From NCBI RefSeq assembly GCF_032444005.1, contig NW_027193546.1, forward strand, positions 372,001 through 436,000: DNA of 64,000 nucleotides. Reading direction: 5' to 3'. Position 1 is the stretch's first letter; each line of letters starts with the position of its first letter. A program made the position numbers and the translations under genes. Source of the stretch: Ranitomeya imitator (taxonomy: Eukaryota). The notes under the pieces were generated by a model. That model was given only the letters and a program-made list of their open reading frames with translations, made no database searches and had not been told where the DNA came from. Below, in pieces: positions 10,357-23,200 of the stretch.

Positions 10357-13137
10357 CTAATAATTGTATGATACAATATTGTTCTGCTCCAGGAAGACAT
10401 CCAGGCCTCTCTTGAACCCCTCGACTGAGTTCGCCATCACCACCTCCTCAGGCAAGCAATTCCAGATTCTCACTGCCCTAACAGTAAAGAATCCTCTTCT
10501 ATGTTGGTGGAAAAACCTTCTCTCCTCCAGACGCAAAGAATGCCCCCTTGTGCCCGTCACCTTCCTTGGTATAAACAGATCCTCAGCGAGATATTTGTAT
10601 TGTCCCCTTATATACTTATACATGGTTATTAGATCGCCCCTCAGTCGTCTTTTTTCTAGACTAAATAATCCTAATTTCGCTAATCTATCTGGGTATTGTA
10701 GTTCTCCCATCCCCTTTATTAATTTTGTTGCCCTCCTTTGTACTCTCTCTAGTTCCATTATATCCTTCCTGAGCACTGGTGCCCAAAACTGGACACAGTA
10801 CTCCATGTGCGGTCTAACTAGGGATTTGTACAGAGGCAGTATAATGCTCTCATCATGTGTATCCAGACCTCTTTTAATGCACCCCATGATCCTGTTTGCC
10901 TTGGCAGCTGCTGCCTGGCACTGGCTGCTCCAGGTAAGTTTATCATTAACTAGGATCCCCAAGTCCTTCTCCCTGTCAGATTTACCCAGTGGTTTCCCGT
11001 TCAGTGTGTAATGGTGATATTGATTCCCTCTTCCCATGTGTATAACCTTACATTTATCATTGTTAAACCTCATCTGCCACCTTTCAGCCCAAGTTTCCAA
11101 CTTATCCAGATCCATCTGTAGCAGAATACTATCTTCTCTTGTATTAACTGCTTTACATAGTTTTGTATCATCTGCAAATATCGATATTTTACTGTGTAAA
11201 CCTTCTACCAGATCATTAATGAATATGTTGAAGAGAACAGGTCCCAATACTGACCCCTGCGGTACCCCACTGGTCACAGCGACCCAGTTAGAGACTATAC
11301 CATTTATAACCACCCTCTGCTTTCTATCACTAAGCCAGTTACTAACCCATTTACACACATTTTCCCCCAGACCAAGCATTCTCATTTTGTGTACCAACCT
11401 CTTGTGCGGCACGGTATCAAACGCTTTGGAAAAATCGAGATATACCACGTCCAATGACTCACCGTGGTCCAGTCTATAGCTTACCTCTTCATAAAAACTG
11501 ATTAGATTGGTTTGACAGGAGCGATTTCTCATAAACCCATGCTGATATGGAGTTAAACAGTTATTCTCATTGAGATAATCCAGAATAACATCCCTCAGAA
11601 ACCCTTCAAATATTTTACCAACAATAGAGGTTAGACTTACTGGCCTATAATTTCCAGGTTCACTTTTAGAGCCCTTTTTGAATATTGGCACCACATTTGC
11701 TATGCGCCAGTCCTGCGGAACAGACCCTGTCGCTATAGAGTCACTAAAAATAAGAAATAATGGTTTATCTATTACATTACTTAGTTCTCTTAGTACTCGT
11801 GGGTGTATGCCATCCGGACCCGGAGATTTATCTATTTTAATCTTATTTAGCCGGTTTCGCACCTCTTCTTGGGTTAGATTGGTGACCCTTAATATAGGGT
11901 TTTCATGGTTTCTTGGGATTTCACCTAGCATTTCATTTTCCACCGTGAATACCGTGGAGAAGAAGGTGTTTAATATGTTAGCTTTTTCCTCGTCATCTAC
12001 AACCATTCTTTCCTCACTATTTTTTAAGGGGCCTACATTTTCAGTTTTTATTCTTTTACTATTGATATAGTTGAAGAACAGTTTGGGATTAGTTTTACTC
12101 TCCTTAGCAATGTGCTTCTCTGTTTCCTTTTTGGCAGCTTTAATTAGTTTTTTAGATAAAGTATTTTTCTCCCTATAGTTTTTTAGAGCTTCAATGGTGC
12201 CATCCTGCTTTAGTAGTGCAAATGCTTTCTTTTTACTGTTAATTGCCTGTCTTACTTCTTTGTTTAGCCACATTGGGTTTTTCCTATTTCTAGTCCTTTT
12301 ATTCCCACAAGGTATAAACCGCTTACACTGCCTATTTAGGATGTTCTTAAACATTTCCCATTTATTATCTGTATTCTCATTTCTGAGGATTTTGTCCCAG
12401 TCTACCAGATTAAGGGCATCTCTAAGCTGTTCAAACTTTGCCTTCCTAAAGTTCAATGTTTTTGTGACTCCCTGACAAGTCCCCCTAGTGAAAGACAGGT
12501 GAAACTGCACAATATTGTGGTCGCTATTTCCTAAATGCCCAACCACCTGCAGATTTGTTATTCTGTCAGGTCTATTAGATAGTATTAGGTCTAAAAGTGC
12601 TGCTCCTCTGGTTGGATTCTGCACCAATTGTGAAAGATAATTTTTCTTGGTTATTAGCAGAAACCTGTTGCCTTTATGGGTTTCACAGGTTTCTGTTTCC
12701 CAGTTAATATCCGGGTAGTTAAAGTCCCCCATAACCAGGACCTCATTATAGGTTGCAGTTTCATCTATCTGCTTTAGAAGTAGACTTTCCATGCTTTCTG
12801 TTATATTTGGGGGTTTGTAACAGACCCCAATGAGAATTTTGTTACCATTTTTGCCTCCATGAATTTCAACCCATATGGACTCGACATCCTCATTCCCTTC
12901 GCTAATATCCTCCCTTAAAGTGGACTTTAGACAAGACTTTACATAGAGACAAACCCCTCCTCCTCTCCGAATTTTACGATCCTTTCTAAACAGACTGTAA
13001 CCCTGTAAGTTAACTGCCCAGTCATAGCTTTCATCTAACCATGTCTCGGTTATTCCCACTATGTCAAAGTTACCTGTAGATATTTCTGCTTCTAGTTCTT
13101 CCATCTTGTTTGTCAGGCTTCTGGCGTTTGCGAGCAT
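10357..13137 (-). CDS. CR1 ORF2p: APE endonuclease + reverse transcriptase (926 aa from ATG)
   Basis: EN motifs NARSL, GITETW, GDFN, SDHN; RT motifs YRPVSL, DFSKAFD, GVPQGSVLGP, FADD; no internal stops. Confidence 0.95.
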   Translation of the reverse strand: MLANARSLTNKMEELEAEISTGNFDIVGITETWLDESYDWAVNLQGYSLFRKDRKIRRGGGVCLYVKSCLKSTLREDISEGNEDVESIWVEIHGGKNGNKILIGVCYKPPNITESMESLLLKQIDETATYNEVLVMGDFNYPDINWETETCETHKGNRFLLITKKNYLSQLVQNPTRGAALLDLILSNRPDRITNLQVVGHLGNSDHNIVQFHLSFTRGTCQGVTKTLNFRKAKFEQLRDALNLVDWDKILRNENTDNKWEMFKNILNRQCKRFIPCGNKRTRNRKNPMWLNKEVRQAINSKKKAFALLKQDGTIEALKNYREKNTLSKKLIKAAKKETEKHIAKESKTNPKLFFNYINSKRIKTENVGPLKNSEERMVVDDEEKANILNTFFSTVFTVENEMLGEIPRNHENPILRVTNLTQEEVRNRLNKIKIDKSPGPDGIHPRVLRELSNVIDKPLFLIFSDSIATGSVPQDWRIANVVPIFKKGSKSEPGNYRPVSLTSIVGKIFEGFLRDVILDYLNENNCLTPYQHGFMRNRSCQTNLISFYEEVSYRLDHGESLDVVYLDFSKAFDTVPHKRLVHKMRMLGLGENVCKWVSNWLSDRKQRVVINGIVSNWVAVTSGVPQGSVLGPVLFNIFINDLVEGLHSKISIFADDTKLCKAVNTREDSILLQMDLDKLETWAERWQMRFNNDKCKVIHMGRGNQYHHYTLNGKPLGKSDREKDLGILVNDKLTWSSQCQAAAAKANRIMGCIKRGLDTHDESIILPLYKSLVRPHMEYCVQFWAPVLRKDIMELERVQRRATKLIKGMGELQYPDRLAKLGLFSLEKRRLRGDLITMYKYIRGQYKYLAEDLFIPRKVTGTRGHSLRLEERRFFHQHRRGFFTVRAVRIWNCLPEEVVMANSVEGFKRGLDVFLEQNNIVSYNY

Positions 13138-13274
13138 GCAGTTTAGAGGATTTTGTTTTGTTCCAATCTCCTCACTGTGGATTGTTTTAGAAATGTTCTT
13201 ACCTCCCTTCTGAGTATGTTTTCCTGGGTCGTCTTTGTTCGAGTCTAATTTTTTTCTTCCCGTCCCCTCTTCTT

Positions 13275-14228
13275 CTAGTTTAACGCCCTCCTGATGAGTG
13301 TAGCGAGTCTTCTGGCGAATGTGTGTTTCCCAGGTTTGTTGAGGTGTAGTCCGTCTCTGGCGAGGAGTCCATCATACCAGTAATTCACACCGTGGTCCAG
13401 GAATCCAAATCCTTGTTGTCTGCACCATCGTCTTAGCCAGTTGTTTGCATCAAGGATCCTGTTCCATCTCCTGGTGCCATGCCCGTCTACTGGAAGGATA
13501 GAAGAAAAAACTACCTGTGCATCCAGTTCCTTTACTTTCTTCCCCAACTCTTCAAAGTCCTTGCAGATTGTCGGTAGGTCCTTCCTTGCCGTGTCATTGG
13601 TGCCAACATGTATCAGAAGAAATGGGTGGACGTCCTTGGAGCTGAAGAGCTTTGGTATCCTATCGGTCACATCCTTGATCATCGCACCTGGAAGGCAGCA
13701 TACTTCTCTTGCAGTTATGTCCGGTCTGCAGATGGCTGCTTCGGTGCCTCTCAGTAGTGAGTCTCCCACCACCACCACTCTTCGTTGCTTCTTGGCTGTA
13801 CTTTTTGCTGTCACTTGTTGCTGTGTGCCCTTTTCTTTTTTGCTTGCTGGTATTGCTTCATTCTTAGGTGTGCCATCTTCATCCTCTACAAAGATTTGAT
13901 ATCGGTTCTTCAGTTGTGTGGTTGGTGATTTCTCCATGGTCTTCTTGCTTCTTTTGGTCACATGCTTCCACTCATCTGCTTTTGGAGGTTCTCTGACACT
14001 TTTTGCACCTTCTGTGACCAGTAGAGATGCTTCTGTTCTGTCTAGAAAGTCTTCATTCTCTTTGATGAGTTTCAAAGTTGCTATTCTTTCTTCCAGACCC
14101 CGCACCTTTTCTTCTAAAAGGGCCACTAGTCTACACTTCTGACAGGTGAAATTGGATTCTTCTTCTGGTCGATCTGTGAACATGTAGCACATGCTGCAGC
14201 TCACCATGTAGGTTGTCACATCTGCCAT
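13275..14228 (-). CDS. CR1 ORF1p: Zn-finger/coiled-coil + SGNH/GDSL esterase domain (317 aa)
   Basis: ATG at 14228 (MADVTTYMVSCSMC...CQKC), heptad segment LEEKVRGLEERIATL, esterase motifs GDSL, GTND, DGLH. Confidence 0.9.
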   Translation of the reverse strand: MADVTTYMVSCSMCYMFTDRPEEESNFTCQKCRLVALLEEKVRGLEERIATLKLIKENEDFLDRTEASLLVTEGAKSVREPPKADEWKHVTKRSKKTMEKSPTTQLKNRYQIFVEDEDGTPKNEAIPASKKEKGTQQQVTAKSTAKKQRRVVVVGDSLLRGTEAAICRPDITAREVCCLPGAMIKDVTDRIPKLFSSKDVHPFLLIHVGTNDTARKDLPTICKDFEELGKKVKELDAQVVFSSILPVDGHGTRRWNRILDANNWLRRWCRQQGFGFLDHGVNYWYDGLLARDGLHLNKPGKHTFARRLATLIRRALN

Positions 14229-14247
14229 GTTGCTCCTAGATCCTGCT

Positions 14248-17200
14248 GGTGGTGGCACTGATGATACAGCTCTGCGGGGAGGAGGTGGTGGCACTGATCA
14301 TACAGCTCTGCGGGGAGGAGGAGGTGGCACTGATCATACAGCTCTGCGGGGAGGAGGTGGTGGCACTGATCATACAGCTCTGCGGGGAGGAGGTGGTGGC
14401 ACTGATCATACAGCTCTGCGGGGAGGAGGTGGTGGCACTGATCATACAGCTCTGCGGGGAGGAGGTGGTGGCACTGATCGTACAGCTCTGCGGGGAGGAG
14501 GTGGTGGCACTGATCATACAGCTCTGCAGGGAGGAGGTGGTGGCACTGATCATACAGCTCTGCGGGGAGAAGGTGTTGGCACTGATCATACAGCTCTCCG
14601 GGGAGGAGGTGATTTCTCTGATCATACAGCTCTGCAGGGAGGAGGAGGTTATGGCTCTGATCATACAGGTCTGAGGGGAGTAGGTGGTGGCTCTGATCAT
14701 ACAGCTCTGCGGGGAGAGGGTGGTGGCACTGATCATACAGCTCTGCGGGGAGGAGGTGGTGGCACTGATCCTACAGCTCTGCGGGGAGGAGGTGGTGGCA
14801 CTGATCATACAGCTCTGCGGGGAGGAGGTGGTGGCACTGATTATACAGCTCTGCGGGGAGAGGGTGGTGGCACTGATCATACAGCTCTGCGGGGAGGAGG
14901 TGGTGGCTCTGATCATACAGCTCTGCGGGGAGGAGGTGGTGGCTCTGATCATACAGCTCTGCGGGGTGGAGGTGATTTATCTGATCATACAGCTCTGCGG
15001 GGTGGAGGTGGTGGCACTGATTATACAGCTCTGCGGGGAGGAAGTGGTGGCTCTGATCATACAGCTCTGCGGGGGAGAAGGTGGTGGCACTGATCATACA
15101 GCTCTGCGGGGTGGAGGTGATTTCTCTGATCATACAGCTCTGCAGGGAGGAGTAGGTGGTGGCACTGATGATACAGCTCTGCGGGGAGGAGGTGGTGGCA
15201 CTGATCATACAGCTCTGCGGGGTGGAGGTGATTTCTCTGATCATACAGCTCTGCGGGGAGGAGGAGGTGGCACTGATCATACAGCTCTGCGGGGAGGAGG
15301 TGGTGGCACTGATCATACAGCTCTGCGGGGAGGAGGTGGTGGCACTGATCATACAGCTCTGCGGGGAGGAGGTGGTGGCACTGATTATACAGCTCTGCGG
15401 GGAGAGGGTGGTGGCTCTGATCATACAGCTCTGCGGGGAGGAGGTGGTGGCTCTGATCATACAGCTCTGCGGGGTGGAGGTGATTTCTCTGATCATACAG
15501 CTCTGCAGGGAGGAGTAGGTGGTGGCACTGATGATACAGCTCTGCGGGGAGGAGGTGGTGGCACTGATCATACAGCTCTGCGGGGTGGAGGTGATTTCTC
15601 TGATCATACAGCTCTGCAGGGAGGAGTAGGTGGTGGCACTGATGATACAGCTCTGCGGGGAGGAGGTGGTGGCACTGATCATACAGCTCTGCGGGGAGGA
15701 GGTGGTGGCACTGATCATACAGCTCTGCGGGGAGGAGGAGGTGGCACTGATCATACAGCTCTGCGGGGTGGAGGTGATTTCTCTGATCATACAGCTCTGC
15801 AGGGAGGAGTAGGTGGTGGCACTGATGATACAGCTCTGCGGGGAGGAGGTGGTGGCACTGATCATACAGCTCTGCGGGGTGGAGGTGATTTCTCTGATCA
15901 TACAGCTCTGCAGGGAGGAGTAGGTGGTGGCACTGATGATACAGCTCTGCGGGGAGGAGGTGGTGGCACTGATCATACAGCTCTGCGGGGAGGAGGTGGT
16001 GGCACTGATCATACAGCTCTGCGGGGAGGAGGAGGTGGCACTGATCATACAGCTCTGCGGGGAGGAGGTGGTGGCACTGATCATACAGCTGTGCGGGGAG
16101 GAGGTGATTTCTCTGATCATACAGCTCTGCAGGGAGGAGGTGGTGGCACTGATCATACAGCTCTGCGGGGAGGAGGTGGTGGCACTGATCATACAGCTCT
16201 GCGGGGAGGAGGTGGTGGCACTGATCATACAGCTCTGCGGGAAGGAGGTGGTGGCACTGATCATACAGCTCTGCGGGGAGGAGGTGATTTATCTGATCAT
16301 ACAGCTCTGCAGGGAGGAGGTGGTGGCTCTGATCATACATCTCTGCGGGGAGGAGGTGGTGGCACTGATCATACAGCTCTGCGGGGAGGAGGTGGTGGCA
16401 CTGATCATACAGCTCTGCGGGGAGGAGGAGGTGGCTCTGATCATACAGCTCTGCGGGGAGTAGGAGGTGGCACTGATCATACAGCTCTGCGGGGAGGAGG
16501 TGGTGGCACTGATCATACAGCTCTGCGGGGAGGAGATGGTGGCACTGATCATACAGCTCTGCGGGGAGGAGGAGGTGGCACTGATCATACAGCTCTGCGG
16601 GGAGGAGGTGGTGGCACTGATCATACAGCTCTGCGGGGAGGAGGTGGTGGCACTGATCATACAGCTCTGCGGGGAGGAGGAGGTGGCACTGATCATACAG
16701 CTCTGCGGGGAGGAGGTGGTGGCACTGATCATACAGCTCTGCGGGGAGGAGGTGGTGGCACTGATCATACAGCTCTGCGGGGAGGAGGTGGTGGCACTGA
16801 TCATACAGCTCTGCGGGGACGAGGTGGTGGCACTGATCGTACAGCTCTGCGGGGAGGAGGTGGTGGCACTGATCATACAGCTCTGCAGGGAGGAGGTGGT
16901 GGCACTGATCATACAGCTCTGCGGGGAGAAGGTGTTGGCACTGATCATACAGCTCTCCGGGGAGGAGGTGATTTCTCTGATCATACAGCTCTGCAGGGAG
17001 GAGGAGGTTATGGCTCTGATCATACAGGTCTGAGGGGAGTAGGTGGTGGCTCTGATCATACAGCTCTGCGGGGAGAGGGTGGTGGCACTGATCATACAGC
17101 TCTGCGGGGAGGAGGTGATGGCTCTGATCCTACAGCTCTGCGGGGAGAATGTGGTGGCTCTGATCATACAGCTCTGCGGGGAGAAGGTGGTGGCACTGAT

Positions 17201-20200
17201 CATACGGCTCTCCGGGGAGGAGGTGATTTCTCTGATCATACAGCTCTGCAGGGAGGAGGTGGTGGCTCTGATCATACAGCTCTGCGGGGAGAGGGTGGTG
17301 GCACTGATCATACAGCTCTGCGGGGAGGAGGTGATGGCTCTGATCCTACAGCTCTGCGGGGAGAATGTGGTGGCTCTGATCATACAGCTCTGCGGGGAGA
17401 AGGTGGTGGCACTGATCATACGGCTCTCCGGGGAGGAGGTGATTTCTCTGATCATACAGCTCTGCAGGGAGGAGTAGGTGGTGGCACTGATCATACAGCT
17501 CTGCGGGGAGAAGGTGTTGGCACTGATCATACAGCTCTCCGGGGAGGAGGTGATTTCTCTGATCATACAGCTCTGCAGGGAGGATGAGGTTATGGCTCTG
17601 ATCATACAGCTCTGCGGGGAGAGGGTGGTGGCACTGATCATACAGCTCTGCGGGGAGGAGGTGATGGCTCTGATCCTACAGCTCTGCGGGGAGAATGTGG
17701 TGGCTCTGATCATACAGCTCTGCGGGGAGAAGGTGGTGGCACTGATCATACGGCTCTCCGGGGAGGAGGTGATTTCTCTGATCATACAGCTCTGCAGGGA
17801 GGAGGTGGTGGCTCTGATCATACAGCTCTGCGGAGAGGAGGTGGTGGCTCTGATCATGCAGCTCTGCGGGGAGGAGGTGGTGGCACTGATCATACAGCTG
17901 TGCGGGGATTAGGTGGTGGCACTGATCATACAGCTCTGCGGGGAGGAGGTGGTGGTACTGATCATACAGCTGTGCGGGGAGGAGGTGATTTCTCTGATCA
18001 TACAGCTCTGCAGGGAGGAGGTGGTGGTACTGATCATACAGCTCTGCGGGGGAGAAGGTGGTGGCACTGATCATACAGCTCTGCGGGGTGGAGGTGATTT
18101 CTCTGATCATACAGCTCTGCAGGGAGGAGTAGGTGGTGGCACTGATGATACAGCTCTGCGGGGAGGAGGTGGTGGCACTGATCATACAGCTCTGCGGGGA
18201 GGAGGAGGTGGCACTGATCATACAGCTCTGCGGGGAGGAGGTGGTGGCACTGATCATACAGCTCTGCTGGGAGGAGGTGGTGGCACTGATCATACAGCTC
18301 TGCGGGGTGGAGGTGATTTCTCTGATCATACAGCTCTGCAGGGAGGAGTAGGTGGTGGCACTGATGATACAGCTCTGCGGGGAGGAGGTGGTGGCACTGA
18401 TCATACAGCTCTGCGGGGAGGAGGAGGTGGCACTGATCATACAGCTCTGCGGGGAGGAGGTGGTGGCACTGATCATACAGCTCTGCGGGGAGGAGGTGGT
18501 GGCACTGATCATACAGCTCTGCGGGGAGGAGGTGGTGGCACTGATCATACAGCTCTGCGGGGAGGAGGTGGTGGCACTGATCGTACAGCTCTGCGGGGAG
18601 GAGGTGGTGGCACTGATCATACAGCTCTGCAGGGAGGAGGTGGTGGCACTGATCATACAGCTCTGCGGGGAGAAGGTGTTGGCACTGATCATACAGCTCT
18701 CCGGGGAGGAGGTGATTTCTCTGATCATACAGCTCTGCAGGGAGGATGAGGTTATGGCTCTGATCATACAGGTCTGAGGGGAGTAGGTGGTGGCTCTGAT
18801 CATACAGCTCTGCGGGGAGAGGGTGGTGGCACTGATCATACAGCTCTGCGGGGAGGAGGTGATGGCTCTGATCCTACAGCTCTGCGGGGAGAATGTGGTG
18901 GCTCTGATCATACAGCTCTGCGGGGAGAACGTGGTGGCACTGATCATACGGCTCTCCGGGGAGGAGGTGATTTCTCTGATCATACAGCTCTGCAGGGAGG
19001 AGGTGGTGGCTCTGATCATACAGCTCTGCGGAGAGGAGGTGGTGGCTCTGATCATGCAGCTCTGCGGGGAGGAGGTGGTGGCACTGATCATACAGCTGTG
19101 CGGGGAGGAGGTGGTGGCACTGATCATACAGCTCTGCGGGGAGGAGGTGGTGGTACTGATCATACAGCTGTGCGGGGAGGAGGTGATTTATCTGATCATA
19201 CAGCTCTGCAGGGAGGAGGTGGTGGTACTGATCATACAGCTGTGCGGGGAGGAGGTGATTTCTCTGATCATACAGCTCTGCAGGGAGGAGGTGGTGGCAC
19301 TGATCATACAGCTCTGCGGGGAGGAGGTGGTGGCACTGATCATACAGCTCTGCGGGGAGGAGGTGGTGGCACTGATCATACAGCTCTGCGGGGAGGAGGT
19401 GGTGGCACTGATCATACAGCTCTGCGGGGAGGAGGTGATTTCTCTGATCATACAGCTCTGCAGGGAGGAGTAGGTGGTGGCACTGATGATACAGCTCTGC
19501 GGGGAGGAGGTGGTGGCACTGATCATACAGCTCTGCGGGGTGGAGGTGATTTCTCTGATCATACAGCTCTGCGGGGAGGAGGAGGTGGCTCTGATCATAC
19601 TGCTCTGCGGGGAGGAGGTGGTGGTACTGATCATACAGCTGTGCGGGGAGGAGGTGATTTCTCTGATCATACAGCTCTGCAGGGAGGAGGTGGTAGCTCT
19701 GATCATACAGCTCTGCGGGGAGGAGGTGGTGGCTCTGATCATACAGCTCTGCGGGGAGGAGGTGGTGGCACTGATCATACAGCTCTGCGAGGAGGAGGAG
19801 GTGGCTCTGATCATACAGCTCTGCGGGGAGGAGGAGGTGGCACTGATCATACAGCTCTGCGGGGAGGAGGTGGTGGCACTGATCATACAGCTCTGCGGGG
19901 AGGAGGTGGTGGCACTGATCATACAGCTCTGCGGGGAGGAGGTGGTGGCACTGATTATACAGCTCTGCGGGGAGAGGGAGGTGGCTCTGATCATACAGCT
20001 CTGCGGGGAGGAGGTGGTGGCTCTGATCATACAGCTCTGCGAGGAGGAGGAGGTGGCTCTGATCATACAGCTCTGCGGGGAGGAGGAGGTGGCACTGATC
20101 ATACAGCTCTGCGGGGAGGAGGTGGTGGCACAGATCATACAGCTCTGCGGGGAGGAGGTGGTGGCACTGATCATACAGCTCTGCGGGGAGGAGGTGGTGG

Positions 20201-23200
20201 CACTGATTATACAGCTCTGCGGGGAGAGGGAGGTGGCTCTGATCATACAGCTCTGCGGGGAGGAGGTGGTGGCACTGATCATACAGCTCTGCGGGGAGGA
20301 GGTGGTGGCTCTGATCATACTGCTCTGCGGGGAGGAGGTGGTGGTACTGATCATACAGCTGTGCGGGGAGGAGGTGATTTCTCTGATCATACAGCTCTGC
20401 AGGGAGGAGGTGGTAGCTCTGATCATACAGCTCTGCGGGGAGGAGGTGGTGGCTCTGATCATACAGCTCTGCGGGGAGGAGGTGGTGGCACTGATCATAC
20501 AGCTCTGCGAGGAGGAGGAGGTGGCTCTGATCATACAGCTCTGCGGGGAGGAGGAGGTGGCACTGATCATACAGCTCTGCGGGGAGGAGGTGGTGGCACT
20601 GATCATACAGCTCTGCGGGGGAGAAGGTGGTGGCACTGATCATACAGCTCTGCGGGGTGGAGGTGATTTCTCTGATCATACAGCTCTGCAGGGAGGAGTA
20701 TGTGGTGGCACTGATGATACAGCTCTGCGGGGAGGAGGTGGTGGCACTGATTATACAGCTCTGCGGGGAGGAAGTGGTGGCTCTGATCATACAGCTCTGC
20801 GGGGGAGAAGGTGGTGGCACTGATCATACAGCTCTGCGGGGTGGAGGTGCTTTCTCTGATCATACAGCTCTGCAGGGAGGAGTAGGTGGTGGCATTGATG
20901 ATACAGCTCTGCGGGGAGGAGGTGGTGGCACTGATCATACAGCTCTGCGGGGTGGAGGTGATTTCTCTGATCATACAGCTCTGCGGGGAGGAGGAGGTGG
21001 CACTGATCATACAGCTCTGCGGGGAGGAGGTGGTGGCACTGATCATACAGCTCTGCGGGGAGGAGGTGGTGGCACTGATCATACAGCTCTGCGGGGAGGA
21101 GGTGGTGGCACTGATTATACAGCTCTGCGGGGAGAGGGTGGTGGCTCTGATCATACAGCTCTGCGGGGAGGAGGTGGTGGCTCTGATCATACAGCTCTGC
21201 GGGGTGGAGGTGATTTCTCTGATCATACAGCTCTGCGGGGTGGAGGTGGTGGCACTGATTATACAGCTCTGCGGGGAGGAAGTGGTGGCTCTGATCATAC
21301 AGCTCTGCGGGGGAGAAGGTGGTGGCACTGATCATACAGCTCTGCGGGGTGGAGGTGATTTCTCTGATCATACAGCTCTGCAGGGAGGAGTAGGTGGTGG
21401 CACTGATGATACAGCTCTGCGGGGAGGAGGTGGTGGCACTGATCATACAGCTCTGCGGGGTGGAGGTGATTTCTCTGATCATACAGCTCTGCAGGGAGGA
21501 GTAGGTGGTGGCACTGATGATACAGCTCTGCGGGGAGGAGGTGGTGGCACTGATCATACAGCTCTGCGGGGAGGAGGTGGTGGCTCTGATCATACAGCTC
21601 TGCGGGGAGGAGGTGGTGGCTCTGATCATGCAGCTCTGCGGGGAGGAGGTGGTGGCACTGATCATACAGCTGTGCGGGGAGGAGGTGGTGGCACTGATCA
21701 TACAGCTCTGCGGGGAGGAGGTGGTGGCTCTGATCATACAGCTCTGCGGGGAGGAGGTGGTGGTACTGATCATACAGCTGTGCGGGGAGGAGGTGATTTC
21801 TCTGATCATACAGCTCTGCAGGGAGGAGGTGGTGGCTCTGATCATACAGCTCTGCGGGGAGGAGGTGGTGGCACTGATCATACAGCTCTGCGGGGGAGGA
21901 GGTGGTGGCACTGATCATACAGCTCTGCGGGGTGGAGGTGATTTCTCTGATCATACAGCTCTGCAGGGAGGAGTAGGTGGTGGCACTGATCATACAGCTC
22001 TGCGGGGAGGAGGAGGTGGCACTGATCATACAGCTCTGCGGGGAGGAGGTGGTGGCACTGATCATACAGCTCTGCGGGGAGGAGGTGGTGGCACTGATCA
22101 TACAGCTCTGCGGGGAGGAGGTGGTGGCACTGATCATACAGCTCTGCGGGGAGGAGGTGGTGGCACTGATCGTACAGCTCTGCGGGGAGGAGGTGGTGGC
22201 ACTGATCATACAGCTGTGCGGGGAGGAGGTGGTGGCACTGATCATACAGCTCTGCGGGGAGAAGGTGTTGGCACTGATCATACAGCTCTGCGGGGAGGAG
22301 GTGGTGGTACTGATCATACAGCTGTGCGGGGAGGAGGTGATTTCTCTGATCATACAGCTCTGCAGGGAGGAGGTGGTGGCTCTGATCATACAGCTCTGCG
22401 GGGAGGAGGTGGTGGCACTGATCATACAGCTCTGCGGGGGAGAAGGTGGTGGCACTGATCATACAGCTCTGCGGGGTGGAGGTGATTTCTCTGATCATAC
22501 AGCTCTGCAGGGAGGAGTAGGTGGTGGCACTGATCATACAGCTCTGCGGGGAGGAGGAGGTGGCACTGATCATACAGCTCTGCGGGGAGGAGGTGGTGGC
22601 ACTGATCATACAGCTCTGCGGGGAGGAGGTGGTGGCACTGATCATACAGCTCTGCGGGGAGGAGGTGGTGGCACTGATCATACAGCTCTGCGGGGAGGAG
22701 GTGGTGGCACTGATCGTACAGCTCTGCAGGGAGGAGGTGGTGGCACTGATCATACAGCTCTGCGGGGAGAAGGTGTTGGCACTGATCATACAGCTCTCCG
22801 GGGAGGAGGTGATTTCTCTGATCATAGAGCTCTGCAGGGAGGATGAGGTTATGGCTCTGATCATACAGGTCTGAGGGGAGTAGGTGGTGGCTCTGATCAT
22901 ACAGCTCTGCGGGGAGAGGGTGGTGGCACTGATCATACAGCTCTGCGGGGAGGAGGTGATGGCTCTGATCCTACAGCTCTGCGGGGAGAATGTGGTGGCT
23001 CTGATCATACAGCTCTGCGGGGAGAAGGTGGTGGCACTGATCATACGGCTCTCCGGGGAGGAGGTGATTTCTCTGATCATACAGCTCTGCAGGGAGGAGG
23101 TGGTGGCTCTGATCATACAGCTCTGCGGAGAGGAGGTGGTGGCTCTGATCATGCAGCTCTGCGGGGAGGAGGTGGTGGCACTGATCATACAGCTGTGCGG

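Larger units (their letters stand above)
10249..14247 (-). mobile_element. CR1 LINE copy 1, both ORFs intact, only 19 nt of 5' UTR
   Basis: ORF1 plus ORF2, 3' tail aacatagttagt repeats, inserted within a satellite unit with a GGT duplication. Confidence 0.97.

Noticed and set aside
10364-12475. Plus-strand ORFs antisense to CR1 ORF2 (also 25291-27401, 7263-7673, 56499-56888)
   Set aside because: Shadow ORFs of the LINE coding strand.
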